The notes: generated by a model from the letters alone, not told the origin. A stretch of 64,000 nt of DNA from an uncultured Rhodopirellula sp. (GCA_964007735.1 CAXGAI010000023.1:1-64000); one strand, 5' to 3'. Counted from the stretch's first letter, positions 1 through 9,514 are shown. Numbers and translations: made by a program.

Positions 1-137
1 GAGGTACTTATTAAGTGCTCTAAACTCCGGGGTGAGTTCCTCAGCCGGTGCCGGTCTCTAAGATACGCTTGTAGAACTCGTTCGAGCTCCAGCGATAATG
101 GACCTTTATTTTTGGGCACTTTGTCGGTCGGCAACAT
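1..137 (-). CDS. Possible 5' end of a gene running off the left edge (MLPTDKVPKNKGPLSLELERVLQAYLRDRHRL...)
   Basis: ATG at 137 opens a stop-free frame to the window edge. No recognisable motif. Confidence 0.3.
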   Translation of the reverse strand, partial: MLPTDKVPKNKGPLSLELERVLQAYLRDRHRLRNSPRSLEHLIST

Positions 138-466
138 ACCAGAAAGGATCGATGGGTATCGCCTCAAGTTCAGAATACAGGGGAGGACAGCTAACCAGAA
201 ACTTTTAAGGGCTCGCTTTTAAACGCCTAACATTCGTCAGGACCCAAAGCTGGATGCCTAGCCAGCTACGACATTTGCCATTGCGAAACGCGACACCCTC
301 CTGTCGGATAACCGAAAGGGCCGAGACGCCTAAAAAATCAAGACCGGGGACATGCCGATTCGGTCAAACAATCAGCCAACCCGTCGCACTAGTCGCACCA
401 AAACGCTTTTTAAAAAGCATTTGGATCCATCGCGCGAACGGGATGACCAATTAAATCTTCACCTGG

Positions 467-664
467 TTACGCAGGGGTAACATTTTCAGCGCACGGTCCT
501 TTTGGTCCACTTGCTTCGTTAAAAGAAACCCGTTGTCCTTCGTGGAGTTGATCAAAGCTTGCACCTTCAACACTGGAAGAGTGAAAAAACAAGTCTTTCT
601 CTGCACCAACGTCAATAAATCCATAACCTTTGTCTGTAATTCGCTTGATCGTACCTTCAGCCAT
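467..664 (-). CDS. Cold-shock domain protein (CspA family)
   Basis: RNP1 KGYGFI, RNP2 LFFH, C-terminal GPKGPCAENV; AAGGA RBS upstream. Confidence 0.95.
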   Translation of the reverse strand: MAEGTIKRITDKGYGFIDVGAEKDLFFHSSSVEGASFDQLHEGQRVSFNEASGPKGPCAENVTPA

Positions 665-740
665 TCGTCTTTATCCTTTGTTAAATTGTTACGTAACGTG
701 GTCCTAAACGCAGGTTATACCAGTTCCGTTACACCGCTTT

Positions 741-746
741 ATTCTA
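741..746 (-). promoter_or_regulatory. Candidate -10 element (TAGAAT) for the csp gene
   Basis: attcta on the + strand, about 77 nt upstream of the csp start and just before a structured leader. Confidence 0.35.
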
Positions 747-1117
747 TACTGCACTCATTCAAACAGAATGCCATAAGCCGTAGGAAGCCAGATTAACTTT
801 TAATTTATCCACGCCCATTCTTCTTCGAATAAGACGATCTTTCCTCAGCATTTTCCGTTATATCTGAAAACACACCATCAATGAAGTCACTTCCGAACTA
901 CCAATCCAAAATATTTTTTGTGTGTTCACTTGTTGTATCCTCTTTATCTCATCAGTATTTCATCACAACCGAGTTATACTTTTCATATACCCAGCCGTCT
1001 TTAACGTGCGCTAAGACAAGGAACTTTTAACGAGACTGAACTTCCTCTTGACTGACAACCAAACTTAGCACGATAAATCGCACTGGCTAGGTGTTCGAAC
1101 CGAAACTGTCTATTGCA

Positions 1118-1537
1118 ATGAAGATAACAAACATAAACACCTCTATATTGGGCAAAACGCTCTGCGTGGTTTATTTGGGAATTCTGTTCGTCGTCCTCTT
1201 TGCCCCTATTCCCAAGACCGGGGAAGGTGGTTTCGTAAGCCTCACGATTCAAACTTCTGTTGATTTAGATTTCCTAACGCATTTGATTTCTTTGTTTGTA
1301 TGGGGTTACCTTCTCACCTTTTGGCGGTTCGATCGTGCCGCCGAGCTGGTCGTTTCTATCGCAGTCGCAGTACTGCTTGAAGTGGCGCAAGTTTTAACAG
1401 TTCACAGAGTTTTCGAAATCACCGATCTCATGGCCAATCTCTTAGGCGTTCTTTTCGGCCTTAAAACGGGGATACATTTCCGGCTTACTTACGATTCCCG
1501 CTCCATGGGTCTATCGTCCGAACATATTGACACGTAA
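1118..1537 (+). CDS. VanZ-like membrane protein
   Basis: Several hydrophobic segments; LEVAQ...R.FEITDLMANLLG motif. ATG 1118 chosen over GTG 1091. Confidence 0.75.
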   Translation: MKITNINTSILGKTLCVVYLGILFVVLFAPIPKTGEGGFVSLTIQTSVDLDFLTHLISLFVWGYLLTFWRFDRAAELVVSIAVAVLLEVAQVLTVHRVFEITDLMANLLGVLFGLKTGIHFRLTYDSRSMGLSSEHIDT

Positions 1538-1575
1538 GATAAACAAATAACTTCAAGAAATCGGGTGACCTAGTT

Positions 1576-2133
1576 TTGGCTATAGTACTTTCACAAACGG
1601 ATCAACCTTCAACGGAATTGCGGGACTTTGAAGAAGAATTGGTTGCCATTCTGTTAATGAAAGACGGACTTGAAGTTTCCATTATTGGCGATATCGCCAA
1701 TATCGAGCCGGATAGCACCGACGCCCTATGCCTAGAGGGCGTACGGGGTAATTTATTTCTTATATCCTGGTATGACGAACATCAAGCTAAGCCGCTACTG
1801 GAGGCCGCTGGCGTAATTGGAACCTACAACGAGCAACCTGTAACCGCGGCACTTCCTATTGCAAGTCCAGGACACTATGACCCGCTCCAACGAAAAATTC
1901 ACTGCTTGAATCTAGGGGAATTCGGTAAACCGATAGAGGCTCGCCGCGTTATACTGAAGACCCTCAGCGAAAACCAAAAGAACTCCGCTCCACAAAGTGA
2001 AATACGATCCGCTTCGGAACCAAACCGACCGGCCGCGCCGGCGGCGAAACCGATGCCCAAACGGCAACAAATGGGTTCTACCAACGACGCATTGGACTCA
2101 TTGCTGGATGATTTTGACGAGATTGAACTCTAA
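1576..2133 (+). CDS. Hypothetical protein, planctomycete-type
   Basis: 185-aa ORF with a Pro/Ala linker and an acidic LDSLLDDFDEIEL tail. Confidence 0.7.
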   Translation: MAIVLSQTDQPSTELRDFEEELVAILLMKDGLEVSIIGDIANIEPDSTDALCLEGVRGNLFLISWYDEHQAKPLLEAAGVIGTYNEQPVTAALPIASPGHYDPLQRKIHCLNLGEFGKPIEARRVILKTLSENQKNSAPQSEIRSASEPNRPAAPAAKPMPKRQQMGSTNDALDSLLDDFDEIEL

Positions 2134-2537
2134 ACAGGTTTTTCGAAATCGCCTTTACCACCGAGCCACTTCGGTACTCGCGTCACCTTACCGTCCTTGG
2201 TGAGGCACCCTACTCGGGTTGTACCCGACATAATGATTTCTTCTCCCCTTGTAATCGTATATTGGTGTACGATAGCTGCCCCTTTTGCCGATAATATTTT
2301 TGTTTCGATTTCTAGCTCATCGTCAAAATAGGCTGGCTGATAATAGTTCAACTCCGCTTTTGCCACAACTAAGAAGAGGCCTGCATTCTCCACATCACGA
2401 TAACTAATGCCAATCTCGCGAAGAGACTCAATCCGCGCTTTTTCAAAATAAGTAAGATAATTACCATGATGAACTATCCCCTGTCCGTCGGTCTCCTGAT
2501 ATCGAACTCGTATGGTAATTTTGTGACTTTCCATCAT
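2130..2537 (-). CDS. Acyl-CoA thioesterase (YbgC/4HBT hot-dog family)
   Basis: RVRYQETDGQGIVHHGNYLTYFEKAR motif. Confidence 0.92.
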   Translation of the reverse strand: MMESHKITIRVRYQETDGQGIVHHGNYLTYFEKARIESLREIGISYRDVENAGLFLVVAKAELNYYQPAYFDDELEIETKILSAKGAAIVHQYTITRGEEIIMSGTTRVGCLTKDGKVTRVPKWLGGKGDFEKPV

Positions 2538-2641
2538 CGCAATCCCGTGTTAGGGTTTTATTCTTTTGATATTGTTCAAATTCAAGCTATCGTATTTAAG
2601 TAACTTTACCTTATTTTATTCGCTCTGAAGACGAGGGTCCC

Positions 2642-3133
2642 ATGAGTTTTGGCGAAGACGGCTATACAGAATTAACGACTATGCGGGGGCGGGATTACCC
2701 AGCGTTGACGCAATTTACCATTTTCCTCGAAAACCGCGTCGGTCAATTGATGGAAGTCATCAGGAGATTCGAAGGTTCGAACGTCCGCATCCTCGCACTC
2801 ACGATTAATGATTCCACCGAATGCGCTTTTGGTAGATTTCTTCTGAGCAATCCCGAAAACGGTCGCGAATTACTTGAGGGTTCCGGACTTCCGATGATAG
2901 AAAGCCAACTAATTGCGCTTGAATTGCCTGATACCAATCAGCCCCTTCTAAATGTCTGTACCGCACTCCTACAGGCAGAAATTAATATCACGCAAACCTA
3001 CCCTCTGCTTTCTCGACCGCACGGGAGGCCCGTGGTCGCTTTGATGGTCGACAATATCGATCATGCTGTGGAAACCCTGACCGACAAAGGATTTAACCTC
3101 ATTACGGAAGACGACTTAATTTTTGACCAATAG
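2642..3133 (+). CDS. Tandem ACT-domain protein
   Basis: FTIFLENRVGQL first ACT signature; second repeat around LLQAEINI. Confidence 0.8.
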   Translation: MSFGEDGYTELTTMRGRDYPALTQFTIFLENRVGQLMEVIRRFEGSNVRILALTINDSTECAFGRFLLSNPENGRELLEGSGLPMIESQLIALELPDTNQPLLNVCTALLQAEINITQTYPLLSRPHGRPVVALMVDNIDHAVETLTDKGFNLITEDDLIFDQ

Positions 3134-3238
3134 CCCTATTAGGAAAAAACCTACTTTCTATAATTCCTTTAACATTACCAACGTCGACAACCGAAATAAT
3201 CTATGTAGCTGTGGAAAATCAAGGAGTTGAGAGCGAGC

Positions 3239-3703
3239 ATGAACGACGACGAATTGGAATTGGACGTAGACGAACAAATCCGCGAAATCGAAAAGAAACA
3301 AACTGGCGAATGGGCTATTTGTGCTTCTCTTGTGTTCGTATCTGCGCTGCTCGTCCTTTTGCTTTGCCATCAAGCTCGTGACGAAAATTCTGCCTTAGCT
3401 ATCGGTTCGACGTTGACCACGATCTTTACCTTCCAGGTAAACGCCGACTTCCCTGTAGATATCGCAGTGATCATGCTTTTAATCTCAATTATGAGTTCAT
3501 TTTGTGGTCTGATCAGTTTGGTGGCAGACAAGAACAACCGTAATACATGGCTAATGCGCGTCTTGACGCTGGGCCCACTGCTACCAATTTTCTTTAGCAT
3601 CGTGATGATTATGCTCATTGTTTCTAATTACAATGATCCGAGTATCCTTCAGGACATCATAGGAACTACGGACACTATTGAAGTTAACGTCGCTGGAGAC
3701 TAA
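3239..3703 (+). CDS. Hypothetical membrane protein (about 3 TM)
   Basis: AAGGAG upstream of ATG 3239; three hydrophobic segments. Confidence 0.65.
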   Translation: MNDDELELDVDEQIREIEKKQTGEWAICASLVFVSALLVLLLCHQARDENSALAIGSTLTTIFTFQVNADFPVDIAVIMLLISIMSSFCGLISLVADKNNRNTWLMRVLTLGPLLPIFFSIVMIMLIVSNYNDPSILQDIIGTTDTIEVNVAGD

Positions 3704-3766
3704 GACATTAGTTTTTTGGTAAACTGATGACCTCATATTCATTACGTTACTCTATGAGGTATCAAC

Positions 3767-4453
3767 ATGCCTATTGATGTTATCTGTCCCGGGTGCCACA
3801 AGCGGTTTAGCGTTAGTGATGAGTTTGCCGGTAAGAAGGGTCCCTGCCCTGCCTGCAAGACCATGATCGAGATCCCAAAACTCGAGGACGTGGTTGTGAT
3901 TCACGAGCGGGAGACGACGGCATCCGGAGCGCCGGCAAAACTTGACTCAATCCGAAGGAAGTCTACGACCGCTGGGAAATTTGAATTGGGTTTAGGAATT
4001 GGCGCTCTAATTGCGGCCTTAGTTCTCACCGTGTTAGGCCGCATGCAATTAACTGAGGTTGATCCCAACCCGGCGTTCCTCATTAAATTGTTCGCCGGAG
4101 GACTTCTTGGTATTAGCTCCTCTGTACTCGGACATATTGTGCTTCGCGGACAAGACGATGGAAGTGTTTACAGCCGAAAGACGATCGTCATTAGCAGTGT
4201 CGTGGGATTAGCCTACACGGTGATCTGGCGTTTACAGGTGTTGATTTCGGATGGAGTTTTGGTCCAGGATGGTAGCATTATCCTGCCCGCCGTAGTTATT
4301 CTTGCTATTGCGTTTACAGTGATTACTACTTTTTTACCTATGTTCGTTTTTGAATTCGAATATCAAGAAGGGCTTACACACGTCGCTCTGTTCATCTGTT
4401 CATTGACCGTCTACAGTCTAATATTGGGCGACATAGCCTTTATTATTAAATAG
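3767..4453 (+). CDS. Zinc-ribbon membrane protein
   Basis: N-terminal CPGC-x17-CPAC followed by about 5 hydrophobic helices; GAGG RBS. Confidence 0.8.
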   Translation: MPIDVICPGCHKRFSVSDEFAGKKGPCPACKTMIEIPKLEDVVVIHERETTASGAPAKLDSIRRKSTTAGKFELGLGIGALIAALVLTVLGRMQLTEVDPNPAFLIKLFAGGLLGISSSVLGHIVLRGQDDGSVYSRKTIVISSVVGLAYTVIWRLQVLISDGVLVQDGSIILPAVVILAIAFTVITTFLPMFVFEFEYQEGLTHVALFICSLTVYSLILGDIAFIIK

Positions 4454-4464
4454 GTGGCGTACTG

Positions 4465-5736
4465 ATGTCTCTTCCGGAATTGAAAGCCTTACAGGGAAGC
4501 AATTCGTTTATTCGTATCGCTTTTGAACAAGATATCCCGGTTACCCCCAGAATTCTTAGGCTTGTAGACTCGCTTCCATTCCAGAAACTCAAACAAATCC
4601 CACAACTAGGATTTGTGAGGATGGTGTATCCTTCTGCAAATCATACTCGTTTCGAACACTCTCTAGGGGTTTATCATCTGGCGCTCCAGTACCTAAGGCA
4701 TTTCCAAACGGACGACGATTTTGTCCGGCAAGTCGCTGATTCCGAGGTTGAGATATTTATCCTCGCAGCGTTACTCCATGACGTCGGGCATTGGCCTTAT
4801 TGCCATCCAATGGAAGACATGCTTCTCACAGGGATACCGAGACACGAGGATTTTGCAGAGGTCATCATTAGCAAGGGGGAAATTGCGTCTCTAATCGACC
4901 AGGATTGGTCAGTCACACCTGACGATGTCATCCGATTTCTCGGTGGTCACAATACAACCGCAAGCCAGCAGTTCCTTTATCGGCTACTTTCCAGTCCTAT
5001 CGACATAGATAAACTGGATTACCTTCAAAGAGACAGCTTACATGCGGGGGTGCCCTATGGACGTAATTTTGATAGTAAGCGGTTAGTCAAGGGCCTTCGG
5101 TATTCGCCTGCATCAGAGTCCCTGAGCATCTCAAGCAAGGCATTAACGGCAACAGAAATGATGGTCTTTGCCAGATATGTAATGTTTTCTGAAGTCTACT
5201 GGCACAAAACCGTAAGAAGTGCAACATCTATGCTTCAACGTATCGTTTTCGAACTTCGGCAAAATCAATCAACCATAAGTCAGCTTATTAATTCCACGGA
5301 GTCGGATTTTCACTCTCTGCTTCTAGATGCCGACGCCAGCGGGATCGCTCATGATCTCTTTGGTCGTCGACGGACACTCTACAAGTCTATTTACGAAACC
5401 AACGCCCGTCAGGATGCGGAAGTGTACATCGCCGCCCGCCGGCATGATTTCACAGGGCTCGCTGCTTCCTCGGCCCGTTTAGCCGAACAATTAGGTCTTG
5501 ATCGTCAGCACGTTATCATCGATGCGGCCCCACAACAGCTTGAGGTTCAGTTCAACATCAATGTATTCGATGAAAATACCGGTACCAGCCATACCCTTCC
5601 TGACGTCTCGCCTGTTGTCAACTCCTTAGCTACCGATCAATTCGATCAGCACGTCAAGCGATTACGTGTTTTTGTTCCCCGCCAATACAGAACTTTATCC
5701 ATCGATCGACAGGCCATACTAGACGCTCTAGGTTAA
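4465..5736 (+). CDS. HD-domain phosphohydrolase (SAMHD1/dNTP triphosphohydrolase-like)
   Basis: QLG..VYPSANHTRFEHSLG, LLHDVGH, DIDKLDYLQRDS, EVYWHKTVR. Confidence 0.9.
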   Translation: MSLPELKALQGSNSFIRIAFEQDIPVTPRILRLVDSLPFQKLKQIPQLGFVRMVYPSANHTRFEHSLGVYHLALQYLRHFQTDDDFVRQVADSEVEIFILAALLHDVGHWPYCHPMEDMLLTGIPRHEDFAEVIISKGEIASLIDQDWSVTPDDVIRFLGGHNTTASQQFLYRLLSSPIDIDKLDYLQRDSLHAGVPYGRNFDSKRLVKGLRYSPASESLSISSKALTATEMMVFARYVMFSEVYWHKTVRSATSMLQRIVFELRQNQSTISQLINSTESDFHSLLLDADASGIAHDLFGRRRTLYKSIYETNARQDAEVYIAARRHDFTGLAASSARLAEQLGLDRQHVIIDAAPQQLEVQFNINVFDENTGTSHTLPDVSPVVNSLATDQFDQHVKRLRVFVPRQYRTLSIDRQAILDALG

Positions 5737-5738
5737 AC

Positions 5739-6575
5739 CTATGCTACGCTTCTGCTAAGCGATTGGGAAATAGCAGACATCGCTTGCAAGACATCATCGT
5801 TTTGGTAAGGCTTTGATAACGCTGGACAACCATGCTCACGCATTAGAATCCGTCGTTCATCCAAGGTAAGATTATCAGCGATCAAAAGATCTAGTACCGC
5901 AACACTCTTATTCATTACTAAACAACGAACCTCCGCCCGATTGCGAACGATAGCGATTGTGTGTTTTTTTCCTTCTAACAGCTGAGTGCGCTGCTTCGCG
6001 TTTACCGGATTCAATCGGTTCAGAGACCGTTCCGAGGCTGACCAGCCGTAACGTTCAAATGCTTTGGCGATTCCACCCGTAGAATCCCGATGTCCATAAA
6101 TAGATAGCGAAGGTGTGGCGCCCGTCCATTGCGATACACCAACCTCGGACCACCACCAGAGAGCTTCTCTCGGCGAAAACAGTGGACGGTATTCCCCCAT
6201 AATTGCGGATTGCCGATTCATACAACTGATGAGCCGGCGAATTCTATAAATGGCTTCAGAATCCCTCAAGTGGATCACTCCGGCGTACGGCTTACCGCTA
6301 CGGGCTGCTCCTTCGTTCCAACGGCCGTTTACGCAAACTAAAAGCGCAAAGGGGAACCGACGTCTTAAAATCTGCAAATAATTATTTGAAAAGGGGCGCC
6401 GGCGGTCCTGCTGAATGATAACAAGTCTAATTTCAGCATCAGAAACTAGTTGAGTATCAATTGCCCGATTCTCGCCAAGCGAAAGATATCTTAATTCAAC
6501 TCCCAATGACTCAATCTCACCCACAGGCAATACCGAGGCCGAACCATCTGTTTCGAGAATCCCTATCGCAATCAT
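5739..6575 (-). CDS. Hypothetical protein, possibly a degenerate receiver-like fold
   Basis: 278-aa ORF; C-terminal ALSKPY resembles the REC-domain KP motif. Confidence 0.65.
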   Translation of the reverse strand: MIAIGILETDGSASVLPVGEIESLGVELRYLSLGENRAIDTQLVSDAEIRLVIIQQDRRRPFSNNYLQILRRRFPFALLVCVNGRWNEGAARSGKPYAGVIHLRDSEAIYRIRRLISCMNRQSAIMGEYRPLFSPREALWWWSEVGVSQWTGATPSLSIYGHRDSTGGIAKAFERYGWSASERSLNRLNPVNAKQRTQLLEGKKHTIAIVRNRAEVRCLVMNKSVAVLDLLIADNLTLDERRILMREHGCPALSKPYQNDDVLQAMSAISQSLSRSVA

Positions 6576-6784
6576 AGAATCAAATACATTTTACACACTT
6601 CCCCAGTTAACCAATTTAATTATATATCTTCCAAGCGTTCTGAGTGAATAGCGATTTCACTCCGCTTAGCGTCAACAAAACTCTACCGATCGACGTTGAC
6701 ACGGTCCGGCGATTCATGCGAACTTATCAGCAAGCAACACGGAAGTTGCTGTTTACTCAGTACGACGGACTTATAAATAACGCC

Positions 6785-8275
6785 ATGGATTCGGCTCAAC
6801 CTTTGTTTAAATTAAGGCAGCACCTTCCCGCTGCACGCGCGTTTAACACTTCCGACATAGAGTTCGCTCGGGTTGCTACGGATGCATCCGATTGCTGCCC
6901 CGGGGATTTATATATCGCCATCGTCACTGGCGACGGCGACGGACACAATGACATTGAGTTGGCTATCGCCAACGGGGCTGTTGGTATCCTTGCCGAAAGG
7001 CTTCTCCCCACAACCTCGCCTTTATTTATCGTAGACGATACGAGAACGGCATTTTCCGAACTAAACCAAGTATTATTTGGGAATTTTGACGACAGTCTCA
7101 TCACCATCGCCGTAACCGGTAGCACGGGGATCTCTGCGACTTCCCGATTAATATCGCACATGCTCGGAACACGACAGCAGACCTGCCCGATCGTCACCAC
7201 TCCAGCAAATTGCACTCCGCAACAAGCCTTTGAAATACAGGCTCGCAAGTTAAAAGAGCTCGCCGTTTCGAACGAGCAATTCGTGATCCAAGAAGTAACC
7301 ACTGACCAACTTGCTTCCCGTTTTTTTGACACCTTTTCGTTCGATTTTCTCGTAATTACGTCTGTAGAAATTGCCCCTGTCGAGTTTAATGGCACAGCTC
7401 AGGCTTACGCCAACAGTTATGATCGCGCATTTCAGCAGCTAGAACAACACGGTGTTGCGGTCCTTAATTTCGCCGATCCTGTAACCCGTTTTGAATTTAT
7501 TCCGGAAGACCGGGCATTTCTATCTATCGGGACAAATGACGAGTCTGACATTTGGGCGCAGCACCTGGAGCACGGCAGGTTCGGGCAGCGTTTTATAATC
7601 CACGCTGGAGAGCTGTCAGCGGAAGTATTTTCTCCTATCCTCGGCAATCAGCACGTGATTAGCTGCCTACAGACAATAGCCATAGGGCTTTTGCTAGAGT
7701 TGCCTTTCGATCAGTTATGCAGGTCAATCACAAGTTATGACCAGGCCCCGGGCCACCTACAGCGAATTGATCGCGGTCAGGGGTTTGACGTTTTTGTCGA
7801 TCATGCAAATAGTGCTAGGGACTTGAATAAGGCTGTTCTCTCGTTGCGTCAAATTTCGCAAGGCCGGCTTATCGTCGTTTACGGGCCTTCTGCTGAGCAC
7901 ACTGCTGATCAGCGCGCCGCGATGGGATCCATTGCGGAAAAATTCGCCGATGTGTCGATCATCACAGAAAACAACCCAGAGTATGAAGACCCGCTTGCGA
8001 TTGCTCATGACGTCTTAGATGGTTACCTACGCTCTGCTGATGCCTACGTGGTACCGGGAAGGGAACGAGCGATTGTTTTCGGACTTACCATGGCTGAGGA
8101 GGGAGATACGGTCCTCATAGCCGGTAAGGGTGATAAAGCGTTTGATAAGGTTGGGGCCGAGACTTACTATTTTGACGATGTCGAAATCGCTTCAGTTTGT
8201 CTTGATGAAATCCTTAATCCTGTAGCAAAGTACGGCCGAGACATTTTCCGTTTTGAAGATTACACGGATGGATAG
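6785..8275 (+). CDS. MurE-like Mur ligase family protein with degenerate catalytic motifs
   Basis: PGDLYIA..DGH N-domain, IAVTGSTG, APGHLQ, VFVDHAN, ITENNPEYEDP, VLIAGKG. Start at ATG 6785 is a guess (ORF is open from 6644). Confidence 0.85.
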   Translation: MDSAQPLFKLRQHLPAARAFNTSDIEFARVATDASDCCPGDLYIAIVTGDGDGHNDIELAIANGAVGILAERLLPTTSPLFIVDDTRTAFSELNQVLFGNFDDSLITIAVTGSTGISATSRLISHMLGTRQQTCPIVTTPANCTPQQAFEIQARKLKELAVSNEQFVIQEVTTDQLASRFFDTFSFDFLVITSVEIAPVEFNGTAQAYANSYDRAFQQLEQHGVAVLNFADPVTRFEFIPEDRAFLSIGTNDESDIWAQHLEHGRFGQRFIIHAGELSAEVFSPILGNQHVISCLQTIAIGLLLELPFDQLCRSITSYDQAPGHLQRIDRGQGFDVFVDHANSARDLNKAVLSLRQISQGRLIVVYGPSAEHTADQRAAMGSIAEKFADVSIITENNPEYEDPLAIAHDVLDGYLRSADAYVVPGRERAIVFGLTMAEEGDTVLIAGKGDKAFDKVGAETYYFDDVEIASVCLDEILNPVAKYGRDIFRFEDYTDG

Positions 8276-8283
8276 TTGGAAAA

Positions 8284-8682
8284 ATGGTCATAGTTCGTAG
8301 CCCGTTTGAAATCGCCTGCGGCCAACTAGCGGATCTGCTAGAGGGTACACTTGTTCTGGCAGATATTCCACCTTTATTGGGTTCACAAACAAGCGTGGGG
8401 CGGATCACCTTATCTGCTGAAGACTGTACCAATGGCGCCACATACCTCCACCTCTTAAGTAATCACAACCTTCTGAATCAGGCCGCGCTTGCTTATCAGA
8501 CCGGCGCCAATGGTATAATCTGCTCGGAACACATCCCCCCTATGGCTGGCGGTTTTACTATCACCGTACCCAACATGGAAATCGTAAACGGCGTTCAATA
8601 CCCACTGATCTCCAGGCTAATTGCAGGACGCTCGGTCCTAGCCGGTACGACCCATCGGCATCATTTACGCCGCTCAGCTTAG
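8284..8682 (+). CDS. Isolated Mur-ligase (MurF-like) N-terminal domain protein
   Basis: LADLLEGTL...VGRITLSAEDC.NG.TY...AALAYQTGANGIIC follows the Mur N-domain pattern; directly after the murE-like gene. Confidence 0.55.
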   Translation: MVIVRSPFEIACGQLADLLEGTLVLADIPPLLGSQTSVGRITLSAEDCTNGATYLHLLSNHNLLNQAALAYQTGANGIICSEHIPPMAGGFTITVPNMEIVNGVQYPLISRLIAGRSVLAGTTHRHHLRRSA

Positions 8683-8716
8683 GACTACAATAAGAGTAGG
8701 CACCCCATGATGTTCA

Positions 8717-9502
8717 ATGGAAGAAATTATGTCCGTTCCCAATGGTCCAGTTGCAGTCATCACTGGCAGTTCCCGAGGTATCGGGGCTGCTATTGCCGAG
8801 CGGCTTAGTGAAGAAGGCTGTCGGGTGGTAATTAATTACATCCACAGTGAACCCCTTGCCAACCAACTTGCCGGTAAACTATCCCAAAAAGGTTTCCCGG
8901 CTATCGCGTGTCAGGGCGATGTAGGGAATCGTGACGATCGACAGCGGCTCTTGGAAACCACGCTGAAGGCATTTGGCCGAATCGATATTCTGGTTAACAA
9001 TGCCGGAATCACATCCCAAGGACGAAAAGACATACTCGACTCCACCGAGGATTCATGGGATCTCGTTTTTGACACTAATCTTAAGGGGCCGTTCTTCCTG
9101 TCTCAGCTCGCTGCTCGACAAATGAGGTTGCAAGTTGACAGCCACCCTCGGGTTATCGTTAATATCAATTCCGTTTCATCCTACGCGGTTTCTGAGAATC
9201 GTGCGGATTATTGTATCGCCAAAGCGGGACTTGAAATGATGACAAAGCTTTTTGCGAGCCGGTTGGCTGACGACGGAATCTTCGTGTACGAAGTTTGCCC
9301 CGGGGTTATCAACAGTGACATGACGGCTCCTGTTAAAGAGAAATACGATAACCTAATTGCAAACGGTCTAACGCCGATTAAACGTTGGGGTACCTGCGAT
9401 GATGTGGCGACCGCGGTTCAGTTACTTACTTCCGGAAAGCTGGCATTTACTACAGGTGAAAGACTCAATGTCGATGGTGGCTTTCATATTCGTAGAATAT
9501 AG
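8717..9502 (+). CDS. SDR family oxidoreductase (3-ketoacyl-ACP reductase-like)
   Basis: TGSSRGIG, NNAG, YCIAK (YxxxK), NVDGG. Confidence 0.95.
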   Translation: MEEIMSVPNGPVAVITGSSRGIGAAIAERLSEEGCRVVINYIHSEPLANQLAGKLSQKGFPAIACQGDVGNRDDRQRLLETTLKAFGRIDILVNNAGITSQGRKDILDSTEDSWDLVFDTNLKGPFFLSQLAARQMRLQVDSHPRVIVNINSVSSYAVSENRADYCIAKAGLEMMTKLFASRLADDGIFVYEVCPGVINSDMTAPVKEKYDNLIANGLTPIKRWGTCDDVATAVQLLTSGKLAFTTGERLNVDGGFHIRRI

Positions 9503-9514
9503 GACACACGGGCT

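Noticed and set aside
1..222. Open + strand frame from the window edge (EVLIKCSKLR...)
   Set aside because: No recognisable motif; it overlaps a more plausible minus-strand gene start.
254..1252. Short ORFs 254-454, 533-796 and 1001-1252
   Set aside because: No motifs or RBS; two are antisense to the csp or VanZ-like genes.
6796..7395. 199-aa antisense ORF, and similar shadows such as 53289-53759 and 58322-58783
   Set aside because: They mirror well-supported genes on the opposite strand and have Ser/Pro-rich, non-protein-like composition.
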